Below are positions 1 through 9,374 of a DNA stretch of 64,000 nucleotides, piece by piece. Within the stretch, counting starts at the first letter, position 1; every line of letters begins with the position of its first letter. Under the pieces are notes generated by a model. It was given only the letters and a program-made list of their open reading frames with translations, ran no database searches and had not been told where the DNA came from. This DNA is from Chloroflexota bacterium (lineage in GTDB: Bacteria > Chloroflexota > UBA11872 > VXOZ01), in the NCBI GenBank assembly GCA_963663275.1, contig OY760183.1:64001-128000 (forward strand). The letters run 5' to 3'. The position numbers and the translations under genes are program-made.

Positions 1-284
1 CTAAGGAAATTCTTAGGATTAAGGGCTTATTCTAAGGATATTCTAAGAAAGCTACTTTCATTCTGCTAGCTATAGTATCTATAGTATCGCCTGCCGCGCC
101 GCGCGAGCGCCGATTCTCTAAAGTTGCTGCTCACAATCGCGCCGCTCGCGCCGCAAACGGCCAACACCGGCCTCCCAAATCCGGCCAAATTCGCAACCGG
201 CGGCGCTACAACAAGCAATGCCGGTGGCGGCGCGGGACGCAACGTGGCACAATGCTCTACACGCTCCGGAGGGGCGCTCCCACC

Positions 285-1325
285 ATGAAAGCACACAGCC
301 TGGCGGTGGCCGGTCTCGGCTCCTTTACGCAACGGGTACTGCTGCCCGGCCTCCTGGCCTGCGAGCGGGTGCGCGTGGCCGGCGCTTTCACCCGCAGCCG
401 GGCGCGCGCGGACGAGATGCAGGCGCAATACCCCGCGCTGCCGCTCTATACCGATTACGCGGAGATGCTGGACGCCGCCGCGCCGGAGATTGTCTTGGTC
501 GCCACTCCCAACGCGGCGCACGCGCCCATGACGCTGGCGGCGGCGCAACGCGGCTGCCACGTCATCTGCGAGAAACCGCTCGCGTCCACGCTGGCCGACG
601 CCGAAGCGATGGCGGCCGCCGCGGACAGCGCCGGCATTCGCACCGCGGTCAACTTTACCTTTCGCTCGATTGGCGCCGCCCGCTACGTCAAGCATCTCCT
701 GGATGAAGGCCGCGTGGGGCGCGTTCTGCACGTTGCCCTCGTCTATTTGCAAGATATTCGCCACGGCGCGGACCGACCCCGGGTCTGGCGCATGGACGCC
801 CAAGCGGCCGGCCCCGGCGCGCTGGGCGACGTGGGCAGCCACGCGGTCGACCTGGTGCGCTGGTGGCTGGGCGAATTCAGCGCCGTAGCCGCGCAGACCG
901 CCACGCATACCGCGGACCGGCGCGGCGGCCCGGTGACCAATGACGATACCGCGCTTTCGCTGGCGCGGCTGGCCTGCGGCGCGCCGGCAACCCTGCACGT
1001 GAGCCAAGCGGCCGCCGGGCGCTCCAACTCGCTGCGCGTGGAAGTGTACGGCGAAACGGGTAGCCTGGCTTTCACGGCGGAACGCGGCGCGGAACCGGCG
1101 GCGCTCGCGGCCAAACCGGGGGACATTGGCTTTACGCCGCTGCCGCTGCCTGAGGAGTTCGCGGTCGCCTACGAGGCGTTCCCAGCATACCACAGCGACC
1201 GGCTGGTGGGTACGGTTCTGGGCACGGATTTTGTCGCCGATTTCGCCGACGGCCTGGCGGCGCAGCGCGTGCTCGACGCTATCCAACGGGCGGCGGCGGA
1301 GAACGCCTGGGTTACGCTACCGTAG
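285..1325 (+). CDS. Gfo/Idh/MocA family oxidoreductase
   Basis: Rossmann motif VAGLG, ATPNAAH, CEKP, GALGDVGSH; ATG at 285 within ORF 252..1325. Confidence 0.9.
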   Translation: MKAHSLAVAGLGSFTQRVLLPGLLACERVRVAGAFTRSRARADEMQAQYPALPLYTDYAEMLDAAAPEIVLVATPNAAHAPMTLAAAQRGCHVICEKPLASTLADAEAMAAAADSAGIRTAVNFTFRSIGAARYVKHLLDEGRVGRVLHVALVYLQDIRHGADRPRVWRMDAQAAGPGALGDVGSHAVDLVRWWLGEFSAVAAQTATHTADRRGGPVTNDDTALSLARLACGAPATLHVSQAAAGRSNSLRVEVYGETGSLAFTAERGAEPAALAAKPGDIGFTPLPLPEEFAVAYEAFPAYHSDRLVGTVLGTDFVADFADGLAAQRVLDAIQRAAAENAWVTLP

Positions 1326-1381
1326 TTCCGCTTACGTACGTCCGCTCCCGTCAGCCCGCCGGCGCAATCCGCGCCGACGAC

Positions 1382-2584
1382 CTAGGGCCGCCGCGTGGGC
1401 GCGGCTCCGGCCGCGGGCGGGGGAGAACTTTCGCCGGACGCGGCCTCGTCCTCAACGCTTTCCTCGCTGGCGGGCGTCCCGTCCGCGCCCGCTTCCGGCG
1501 GCGGCGCGGAATCGTCGCCGAGTTGGGTGATGAGCCACGGCAGGAAGATGCGCATGAACAACACTTGCAACGCGGCCACCAGCGGCACGGCGATGACGAT
1601 GCCCAGCACCCCGTAGAGCACACCCCCCGCCAGCACGCTGAACATCACCAGCAGCGGATGCAAACCGACGGCGCGCTCCATGACTTTCGGGACGAGGATG
1701 TTGCCCTCCAGTTGCTGCACGACAACGTACAGGATCGCCGTGGCCAGCGCGAGCAACGGCGAGACGGTGAACGCCACGATTATCGCCGGTATGGCGCCGA
1801 GGAACGGCCCGATGATGGGCACGATTTCCATCAGGCTGGCCCACGCGGCCAGGGCAACCGGATAGGGCACGCCTATCAGAAAGAGCCCGATGAAGGTCAC
1901 CACGCCGATGAAGACCATCAGAATCACCTGGCCCCGCACCCAACCGCCGGCGCGCTGGGAGAGTTCGGCGGCCAGGCCGCGGGTGGCGGTGGCGTGGCGG
2001 GGCGGCAGGCGCGCAATCACCGAGCGGTTGAGCTTCTCAGTCGCGCTCATCCAGAAGTAGCCGATCACCAGCACGGACACCAGGCCAAAGAGGAAGCCCA
2101 GTATCTGAAACGGCACCGCGGCCAACGCGCCGATGAACCCGGTGAGGGCCGTGGTCAGGCTGGTGCCGACTTCCCGCACCTGTTCGTCGATGCCCATGTC
2201 CACGGAAAGCTGGTAGAGCGGCGGCGCAATGTCCAGGAACCTCTGGGTAAGCTGATCGGAAAGTTCCGGCGCCCGCTCGGCAACGCCGCTGATCTGCACC
2301 ACCAACGGCGGAATGACGATCAGGCCGATGCCGGTCAAGACCAGCGCCAGCGCGAGGTAGACGATGAGCACGGCCACGCCGCGCGGTATCCTCCACGCCC
2401 GCAGCTTGTTGGCGATCGGCCGGATCGACTCCGCCAGCAGGATGCCGAGGAAGAGCAGCACCAGCACGCTCACGATGCGCGTGGCCAGAACACCGATGAA
2501 GAGCACAAGCAAAACCACGCCCGCACCGAGCAAGAAGCTCATGGGCGTGATCTGAATGACTCGCGGTTCAGGAAGGTCGTCCAT
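1382..2584 (-). CDS. AI-2E (PerM) family transporter
   Basis: Multiple TM helices; motifs VPIIGP, QQLEGNILVPKV, LHPL, GIVIAVP; start chosen at MDDLP. Confidence 0.9.
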   Translation of the reverse strand: MDDLPEPRVIQITPMSFLLGAGVVLLVLFIGVLATRIVSVLVLLFLGILLAESIRPIANKLRAWRIPRGVAVLIVYLALALVLTGIGLIVIPPLVVQISGVAERAPELSDQLTQRFLDIAPPLYQLSVDMGIDEQVREVGTSLTTALTGFIGALAAVPFQILGFLFGLVSVLVIGYFWMSATEKLNRSVIARLPPRHATATRGLAAELSQRAGGWVRGQVILMVFIGVVTFIGLFLIGVPYPVALAAWASLMEIVPIIGPFLGAIPAIIVAFTVSPLLALATAILYVVVQQLEGNILVPKVMERAVGLHPLLVMFSVLAGGVLYGVLGIVIAVPLVAALQVLFMRIFLPWLITQLGDDSAPPPEAGADGTPASEESVEDEAASGESSPPPAAGAAPTRRP

Positions 2585-2752
2585 AGCGTTTCTGGGATTC
2601 AGCATAGCACGCCCCAAACCCCACGGGCAACGCGGCCCGCCCCAAACCACGCGGGAACGCGGCACACCCCCGGCGCAAGTCTGTGGCTCCTGTCATGCCA
2701 AGCGCACTGCGTGACTATGACTTTCATTCCGAGCGCACTGTGTGACTATGAC

Positions 2753-2840
2753 TGTCATTCCGAGCGGAGCGAGGAATCTAGGGTGTTCAGCAAGCAGGTT
2801 GCACTACGGTTCTAGATTCCTCGCTGCGCTCGGAATGACA
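2753..2840. repeat. Inverted repeat pair, family A (GTCATTCCGAGCG..GAGGAATCT / AGATTCCTC..CTCGGAATGAC)
   Basis: Inverted pair read directly; further copies near 11045-11135, 13418-13509, 17921-18024, 35211-35301, 50867-50973. Confidence 0.9.
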
Positions 2841-3148
2841 CGTGGACTACGCCCGCTCTGACACGTTGATTACGCCCGGTCCGACACGAGGACCGCGCCC
2901 GGCACAGAGCGAGGTTGCAGTCGGCATGACGTGACGATCGCGCTTGGAATAACGGTCAACCGCGCTCCCGCCAGGGCAACCCGCCCACAATCCACTCACT
3001 CCGTCCTTCGCGCCGTTTGTGCTAGCCGCCTCCGATTGGGTAGAGTGAGGCGGGAGCGGCGGCTGGTCTGTTGCCCGTCACTCCGGCGGAAGCCGGAGTC
3101 CAGGTACGCGGCGGAGGTGGAATCCGGCCTGCGCCGGAATGACACACC

Positions 3149-3880
3149 GTGCCGCAGACTTCGGCACCCGTGCCGCAGGCCTCGGCGTCTTTCCCGCACG
3201 CCGCCGGCAGCGACGGCCAGGTACGTGAAGAGTCAACACCATTGCAATTGCCAAAGGCGAAGCCGGTGATAGAGGACGATCCCAGGCCGGCGCCGCCGGA
3301 CGCGGGCGCGGCCCACGAATCGCTCCAATGGCTGGAGCGCAACCGCCTGGGCATCGTGCTCCTGCTGGTCGTCCTCACGGCCGTCGCGTTGGGATTGTAC
3401 GCCCTGCAACTGCGCAACGCGGCGCCGCTTACGGTGACGCCGGTGCGAACCGAGTTGCGCGACATCAAGGTCTACGTCACCGGCGCGGTGGCGCAACCGG
3501 GGGTCTACGCCGCCAAATCCGGCAAGCGCGTGGGCGACGTGGTGGCCCGGGCCGGCGGCCTGACGGCGGAGGCCGATCCCGTGGCGGTCAACCTGGCGCG
3601 GCGCACCCGGGACGAGATGCACGTTCACGTCCCGGCCAAGGGCGAGACCGCTTCCGCCGCCGCGTCGAACACGGCCCCCTCGGCGCTCAAACCGCTCAAC
3701 CTCAACACGGCCACGCAGCGGGAACTGGAATCGCTGCCCGGCATCGGCGAGGTGACGGCCCGCAGAATCCTGGCCGCGCGCGCCGCCGACGGGCCCTTTG
3801 GCAGCGTGGACGATCTGAGCCGCGCCGACGTGCGTCCCGCGGTGATCGAACAGATTCGCAATCTGGTCGTTGCCGAATGA
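3149..3880 (+). CDS. comEA: ComEA family competence DNA receptor (TM + SLBB + helix-hairpin-helix)
   Basis: VYVTGAVAQPGVY (SLBB), LNLNTAT..LESLPGIG (HhH); start uncertain. Confidence 0.85.
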   Translation: MPQTSAPVPQASASFPHAAGSDGQVREESTPLQLPKAKPVIEDDPRPAPPDAGAAHESLQWLERNRLGIVLLLVVLTAVALGLYALQLRNAAPLTVTPVRTELRDIKVYVTGAVAQPGVYAAKSGKRVGDVVARAGGLTAEADPVAVNLARRTRDEMHVHVPAKGETASAAASNTAPSALKPLNLNTATQRELESLPGIGEVTARRILAARAADGPFGSVDDLSRADVRPAVIEQIRNLVVAE

Positions 3881-3946
3881 GGGCGGCCAAGCCATGCCGG
3901 CGCGTAGTCTCGCGCTGCCGGCTTCTCGCACGCGGCGCGCCCTTTG

Positions 3947-4085
3947 GAGACCTGTGCTTCACCCCTTCTCCATCGAGGTGAAGGTTGGGATGGGGGTGAA
4001 ATGGCTTGACCTCAAGCCACCTTTAGTTGTAGGTGCCGTCTGGATTCCGGCGTCCGCCGGAATGACAGAGTTATGCAAAGGCCTC
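3947..4085. mobile_element. MITE-like element, GAGACCTTTGC-type TIR, empty form
   Basis: Ends GAGACCTGTGC ... GCAAAGGCCTC; flanked by a direct CTTTG duplication (3942-3946 and 4086-4090). Confidence 0.75.
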
Positions 4086-4126
4086 CTTTGGCGGCGGCCT
4101 GCCTAACTGAGGCTATGAAGGCGCGG

Positions 4127-4882
4127 CTACGCCGGTATCCCCTTGCGCGCGCACGCCCCGGCCAGGTGCTCCGTCAGCCACGTCCCCTGGCGCGTGACGA
4201 AGTATTCCAGGAGCGCCCGGCCCGCGCTGGCGGTGGCTACGGCGGCGTCGCTCTCGGCGTACGCTCCCCAACTGCCGTCCGGCGCGATCTTCTCCCACGG
4301 CACGTAGTCCATGTAGTCCTGTTCGTCCGCCGGTACCGCTTGGCCGAACGGGCCGGGGAGCACGCAATCCGGCGCGAGGTAGAGCGCCAGGGCGCGGGAT
4401 TCGGCCCCGCCGTGCACCTCGCCGCGGCCGGCCAGGCCGGCGTGTTCCCGCGCCTCTTCCCAGACGCCCGCGCCGCCCTGGTGGGCGTTCACGACCACGA
4501 TGTCCGGAAACTGCCGGTTGACGTGCTTGATGAAGGCGGTCAGCCAGTACGACCCGCCGTGCCCGCACGTCAGCACCTGCTTGGAAAAGCCCTGCGCCCG
4601 CAGCCCGGCCACGATCTCTTCCAGCACGAGCATCACGGTAGCGGGCTGCAGCGTGACCGTGCCCGCGAAACCGGCGTGCTCCTCAGCCGTATTGAACGGC
4701 AGGGTCGGCAGCACGTAGGCGTTGAGCCGCTCGCCAAAGGCCCGCGCGAAATACTCCGCCACGAGCGTGTCGATGTGCAACGGCAGGCACGGGCCGCACT
4801 GCTCGGTGGAGCCGACGCTGATGATCGCGGTGTCAATACCGGCATCGGCAAGCTGTTTGGTGGTGTTGCGAAACGAAAGCAT
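4127..4882 (-). CDS. Creatininase family amidohydrolase
   Basis: GSTEQCGPCLPLHID, EEHAGFAGT, GHGG, HGGAES motifs. Confidence 0.85.
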   Translation of the reverse strand: MLSFRNTTKQLADAGIDTAIISVGSTEQCGPCLPLHIDTLVAEYFARAFGERLNAYVLPTLPFNTAEEHAGFAGTVTLQPATVMLVLEEIVAGLRAQGFSKQVLTCGHGGSYWLTAFIKHVNRQFPDIVVVNAHQGGAGVWEEAREHAGLAGRGEVHGGAESRALALYLAPDCVLPGPFGQAVPADEQDYMDYVPWEKIAPDGSWGAYAESDAAVATASAGRALLEYFVTRQGTWLTEHLAGACARKGIPA

Positions 4883-5153
4883 GGTTCTTCTCTTTCGAGA
4901 TCGAGGGTAGTCAGGTGAAGGAGGGTTCTGGCGGCCCGCCGGGTCTCTTCAGGAAATGGCGAGCGACACCCCGGTGTAGGGGCACGACATGTCGTGCCTC
5001 TACTGTTTGGTGGTGTTGCGAAACGAAAGCATGGTTCTTCTCTTTCGAGATTGAGGGTAATCAGGGGAAGGAGAGTTCTAGCATCCCGCCGGGCCTCTTT
5101 GGGAATTGGCGAGCGACACGCCGGTGTAGGGGCACGACATGTCGTGCCCCTAC
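4855..5153. repeat. ~150-bp tandem duplication containing the creatininase 5' end/RBS and a GTAG REP
   Basis: GTTTGGTGGTGTTGCGAAACGAAAGCATGGTTCTTCTCTTTCGAGA at ~4855 and ~5005, each unit ending in GTAGGGGCACGACATGTCGTGCC. Confidence 0.85.
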
Positions 5154-5235
5154 ACCTTATGTGAGGCGAGGCCAAGCATATTGAACACGCGAATAAGGCG
5201 AGTTTCCGGCGGGATAGGAAAACGCATCTCATCGA

Positions 5236-5387
5236 ACCGGAGGCTCACGCCAGCACCGGATGCTTACGCCAACAGGAGTGACTCATGCCAGCACAGGAGG
5301 CTCACGCCAATACGAGTGACTCACGCCAACACAGCAGGCTCACGACAGCACCGGAGGCTTACGCCAACACGGAAGGCTTACGCCAGC
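5236..5387. repeat. Degenerate 19-bp tandem repeat x8
   Basis: Units such as ACCGGAGGCTCACGCCAGC and ACCGGATGCTTACGCCAAC, contiguous, no spacers. Confidence 0.85.
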
Positions 5388-6586
5388 GCCGGATAGAGCA
5401 ATTCGTCGAACGCCACCGCCCGGTTGTTGTGGGCGATGCTCAGGCGCACGGCCTCGGCGACGGCGGTGCCGACCACGGCCTGTTGCGGCAGCGGCCGCGT
5501 CTTGGCAAACTCGGCGAGCAAACCGCGCCGCGTTTGCAGCGCCTCCGCCGCGTCCATGCCCTCGGTTTCGCGCAGGATGCGGCGCGAGTCGTGCACGCCC
5601 TGCATCACGCTATCGTAGCCGTAGCCCACGTACTCCGTGCCCGGGCCGTCCCAGGGTTCGTACTGCTTGAAGAAGTTGGGATTGAAGTGCTCGAAGCCCT
5701 TGTCCTGGGTCACAAAGTGCAGTTTGCGGTCCTTGTGGTCGGCCCAGTACTCGCCCTGCGTGCCGGAAAGCTGCATGCCCTGGTTGGTGAGGGCGCTGTT
5801 CGCCTCGGCGCAGACCCATGAGGTCTGCACCCAGAGCACCGAGCCGTCGCTCCACTCGATCACCCCCTGCACCGCGTCGAAGGCGTCCTGGCCCTGGGTA
5901 GGCAGGAATTTTTTCTGGCCGTAACCCCACACGCGCTTGGGCTTGAGGCCGGTGATGAAGTAGTAAGCGTCGGCGTAGTGCACGCCGATATACTCAAAAG
6001 GAGAGCTTTCCTCCGCCCAACGGGAAAAAATATCCAGGGGCATCTCGCGCCGTTCCTCGATCCAGGCGTGGCCGTGCAGCATCTCTCCCAGGTGTCCCTG
6101 CCGGTAGTAGCGTTGGGCGGCGCGAATGGCGCGGTCGTGGCGCTTGTGGTAGTCGGTGTAGACGTACACGCCTTTGTTTTCGGCGGCGGTGAGGATGGTG
6201 TAGACGTCGGCAACCTTGAGGCAGAGCGGCTTCTGCACCACCACGTGATGGCCGCGCTCGATAGCCGCCAGGATCATCTCGGTGTGCAGGTGATCGGGCG
6301 TCGCCACCATCACCACGCCGTGGGGGTCCAGGTCGTCCAGAGCCGCCTTATAGGAATCCGGCACGGACGCCTCGGGATCGCCGGCATCCGGGTCGGGATA
6401 GCCCTTGAATTGGTAATCGGAAAAGAGTTCGCGCACCGTGCGCAGCGTGCTCGCCCGCCGCGAGGCGATAGACACGTCGCCCACCACGCCGCGGTCCTGC
6501 TCCTGGAAGAGCGTCGGAATGATCACGTCCTGGCTGATCATGCCGCCGCCGATGAGGAGAATTGGTACTCTACCGTCCCACGCCAT
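5378..6586 (-). CDS. Gfo/Idh/MocA family oxidoreductase
   Basis: LIGGG, VATPDHLH, VQKP, YHKRHD motifs. Confidence 0.85.
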   Translation of the reverse strand: MAWDGRVPILLIGGGMISQDVIIPTLFQEQDRGVVGDVSIASRRASTLRTVRELFSDYQFKGYPDPDAGDPEASVPDSYKAALDDLDPHGVVMVATPDHLHTEMILAAIERGHHVVVQKPLCLKVADVYTILTAAENKGVYVYTDYHKRHDRAIRAAQRYYRQGHLGEMLHGHAWIEERREMPLDIFSRWAEESSPFEYIGVHYADAYYFITGLKPKRVWGYGQKKFLPTQGQDAFDAVQGVIEWSDGSVLWVQTSWVCAEANSALTNQGMQLSGTQGEYWADHKDRKLHFVTQDKGFEHFNPNFFKQYEPWDGPGTEYVGYGYDSVMQGVHDSRRILRETEGMDAAEALQTRRGLLAEFAKTRPLPQQAVVGTAVAEAVRLSIAHNNRAVAFDELLYPALA

Positions 6587-6734
6587 CAGGCCTTACCTCG
6601 AATCGTCTAATGCATAATGCTATTCGGCATACCAAACGTTGCGTAGAAAGCTCCATCCTCGTGCTGGCGCGATCGGCGCGCAATCACGGAGAAACGCGCC
6701 TCTGCATCCGCGGACGGGTAGACAGGGGGAGCGC

Positions 6735-6959
6735 TCAACCAAGCCAAAACCTCACGACGATGGTGCCAATCGCCACGAGTACCGAAACGCCAATACTGAT
6801 GTATGCGACCAGCAAAGCGTACTTCGCGTTCGCCACGTCTTCTTTCGTCGCGAATGATTCCATCCTGCCCTCGATGTAGGCGACGCGCGCGTGCACGTCG
6901 TCGAGGCGCTGCTGGTGATACCCTTCGGAACGCAACGAACCGTTGGAGGAGTCAGACAC
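6735..6959 (-). CDS. Small coiled-coil + C-terminal TM protein (DUF1640-like, ATKED motif)
   Basis: FATKEDV followed by a hydrophobic C-terminal helix; start overlaps the stop of the upstream ORF. Confidence 0.6.
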   Translation of the reverse strand: MSDSSNGSLRSEGYHQQRLDDVHARVAYIEGRMESFATKEDVANAKYALLVAYISIGVSVLVAIGTIVVRFWLG

Positions 6960-7236
6960 CTACTTCCCTAGCTTTCTTCAACCAGTCCCAAAGACTGTCA
7001 TAGTAGTGGCCGTAGTAGGATCCATTGAGCTTGAAGACCACACCCACGTTCGCGGAACCCGCCTCGTCCGACAGACCCAATGGCGCGCTCAGGTACTGAG
7101 GGTTGCTAATGGGCGACTGCACCAACAGAGCATGATCCGATAGCTCGAAGACGCCATCCAGAGAATCTGACGACTCTGCTTGCTCCTTGACCTCGGATGC
7201 AATTGCTTCCTCGAAAAACACCAGGTACAGATTCAT
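6952..7236 (-). CDS. Small hypothetical protein (possible Cas2/VapD-like ferredoxin fold)
   Basis: ATG at 7236 with GGAGG RBS; C-terminal G..YDSLWDWL pattern. Confidence 0.55.
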   Translation of the reverse strand: MNLYLVFFEEAIASEVKEQAESSDSLDGVFELSDHALLVQSPISNPQYLSAPLGLSDEAGSANVGVVFKLNGSYYGHYYDSLWDWLKKAREVGV

Positions 7237-7517
7237 GGCGCCACCTCCCGCATTATCCGCTCGCGCGCAACACGTTTCAGTGTACCCCCTACACGCAATC
7301 GAATCAATTGCGCCTCGCGCAATGTAATCCCCCCAACGGGAAACATCAGACCCATGCCCGGCGCCCCTGCGCTCTTGCGCGCCGGAAAGAAACTCGCGGA
7401 CGGTGTCCACGTATCCGCTGCTGCCGGCCGCTCTTCCAATTCTCTTGACAACCGAGTCTGCTCAGTACCATACTTGACACTGGTGGCACTCTAGTCAAGC
7501 TCCGAGGAGGCAGAGCG

Positions 7518-8876
7518 ATGCAAGGCGAACGCAAACGAATGACACGCCGGTTCCTGTTGGCGGGTGCGGCGAGCGGCGCGGGCATGGCGGCATTGGCGGC
7601 CTGCGGCACGGCGGTCATGGCGCCGGAAAGCGGCGATGCCCCGCAGGAAGAAGAGGCCAAGGCCGAAGAAGCGCCCCAGGCCATGGAGCCGACCGTCGTC
7701 AACGCCCTCATGGTCTTGCAGGGCCAGAACGAGACCTGGATCAACTCCTGGAACACCATCTTCGCCAACTTCGAGGCCGCAAACCCCGAATACACCATGG
7801 AAATTACCGATTCCACGTTCGGCGAAGTCACCACCAAGGCCGGCGCGGCCCTGGCGGCCGGCATCTCCTTCGACGACATCTACGGCTACTTCGGTTGGCT
7901 GGGCCCGTTCGTGGACGGCGGCATCATCCAGCCGGTCACGCCGTTGCTGGCGAAAGACACTGAGGTCTCCCCGGACGACTTCTACGAATCCGGCATTCTC
8001 AAGTACAAGGGCGTGGCGTACGGCCTGGCCTGGCTGCTCACCGCGCATCCCATCTGGTCGAACAACGACAAGTTCGTCGAGGCCGGCCTGAAGACGCCCG
8101 CGGAGTTGGAAGCCGAGGGCAACTGGACGTGGGAAGCCGTGCTGGAAGCCGCAACCAGGCTCACCAAGCGCGAGGGTGATGAAATCGTGTTTGGCGGCCT
8201 GCGCATCTACCCCACGCACACGTCCTACCTGCCCTACTACGCCTGGGCCTGGGGCGCGGACCTCTGGAATGAAGGGTGCACGCAAGCCACCTTCAACACA
8301 CCGGAGTTTGCCGACGCGGTGCAGTTCTGCGTAGACCTCTTTGCCAAGCACAAGGTTATCGGCGGCAACTTCCTGGAAGGCACGCTGGGCATGTTCGAGC
8401 GCGCCACCGGCGGCGTGCGCCAGTTCGAGGAGCGCATCACGGCCAACGACCTCTTCGAAATCGGCATGGCGGGACGCCCCAAGGGGCCGAACGGCGATAG
8501 CGCGACGGTGATGACGCCCATCGGCATCTTCATCGGCGAAGGCGCGAAGAACCCGGAGGGCGGCTGGGCCTTCCTGAAGTACACGGTGAGCGCCGACGCG
8601 CTGCCGGAAGTGGCGGCCACCGGCCAGGGCCGCTTCACCGCCAACAAGCATCTGGAACCGCTGACGCTCTTCCCCTACGAGAATCCCGAGGTCTACAAGC
8701 AGATGGCGAGCGAGGGCCGTCCGGTGCCGCAACTGCTGAAGCAAGGCGACTTCAATACCGAGTGGCGCGCCACCTGGGACGCCATGGTGGAAGGCTCGCT
8801 GACGGTGGCCGAGGGCATGGCCAAAACCCAGGAACAGGTACAGGGCTGGATCAACGAAGGCGGCTGCCTGCGGTAG
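7518..8876 (+). CDS. Extracellular solute-binding lipoprotein (family 1, Tat signal)
   Basis: TRRFLL twin-arginine signal + LAAC lipobox; WTWE and GWAFLKY sugar-SBP-like motifs. Confidence 0.85.
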   Translation: MQGERKRMTRRFLLAGAASGAGMAALAACGTAVMAPESGDAPQEEEAKAEEAPQAMEPTVVNALMVLQGQNETWINSWNTIFANFEAANPEYTMEITDSTFGEVTTKAGAALAAGISFDDIYGYFGWLGPFVDGGIIQPVTPLLAKDTEVSPDDFYESGILKYKGVAYGLAWLLTAHPIWSNNDKFVEAGLKTPAELEAEGNWTWEAVLEAATRLTKREGDEIVFGGLRIYPTHTSYLPYYAWAWGADLWNEGCTQATFNTPEFADAVQFCVDLFAKHKVIGGNFLEGTLGMFERATGGVRQFEERITANDLFEIGMAGRPKGPNGDSATVMTPIGIFIGEGAKNPEGGWAFLKYTVSADALPEVAATGQGRFTANKHLEPLTLFPYENPEVYKQMASEGRPVPQLLKQGDFNTEWRATWDAMVEGSLTVAEGMAKTQEQVQGWINEGGCLR

Positions 8877-8919
8877 GAGCATAGAGCGCCGCGTCTCTCT
8901 CCCGCGTTTCGACCGCACG

Positions 8920-9183
8920 GTAAGGGCACGACACGCCGGGTCTGTCCCGCGCCGGATCTGCCGCCGGTGGGGGCACGACTCGCCGCGCCATTCCCGCTCC
9001 GGGCCTACCGTACGTAGGGGCACGGCACGCCTCGCCATTCCCGCTCCGGGCCTACCGTACGTAGGGGCACGACACGCCGCGCCATTCCCGCGCCGGGCTT
9101 ACCGGCGATACGGGCACGACACGCCGCGCCATTCCCGCGCCGGATCTACCGCCGCGTAGGGGCACGACATGTCGTGCCCCTAC
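8920..9183. repeat. Cluster of GTAG REP copies (GTAGGGGCACGAC..GTCGTGCCCCTAC) with repeated linkers
   Basis: About six partial or complete copies separated by near-identical GCCATTCCCGC linkers. Confidence 0.85.
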
Positions 9184-9220
9184 GCGGCGCGTGACGATAT
9201 CTGCGAGAAATCCTTGCAAA

Positions 9221-9249
9221 TTGACGCACAGTGTGCGTAGAATTACCAT
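9221..9249 (+). promoter_or_regulatory. Sigma70-like promoter with embedded palindrome
   Basis: TTGACG-17 bp-TACCAT; perfect inverted repeat ACGCACA-G-TGTGCGT at 9224-9238. Confidence 0.55.
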
Positions 9250-9374
9250 ATAAGCAGTCTATGGGGGCGAGGCCTGCGCGCAAGCGGAAGAGGAAACCGC
9301 CCGCGGCAGCGTTTGTGTCTCGATAGAGTGCGGAGTGAGTTCATTCATTAGTCAACCCAGGAGGGGTGAACGCG

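Noticed and set aside
4633-5232. 199-aa ORF with internal repeat CRGTTCRAP
   Set aside because: Translation of REP palindromes and the 150-bp duplication, not a credible protein.
8920-9183. CRISPR-like array between the SBP genes
   Set aside because: Irregular spacing and repeated linkers; matches the dispersed GTAG REP family.
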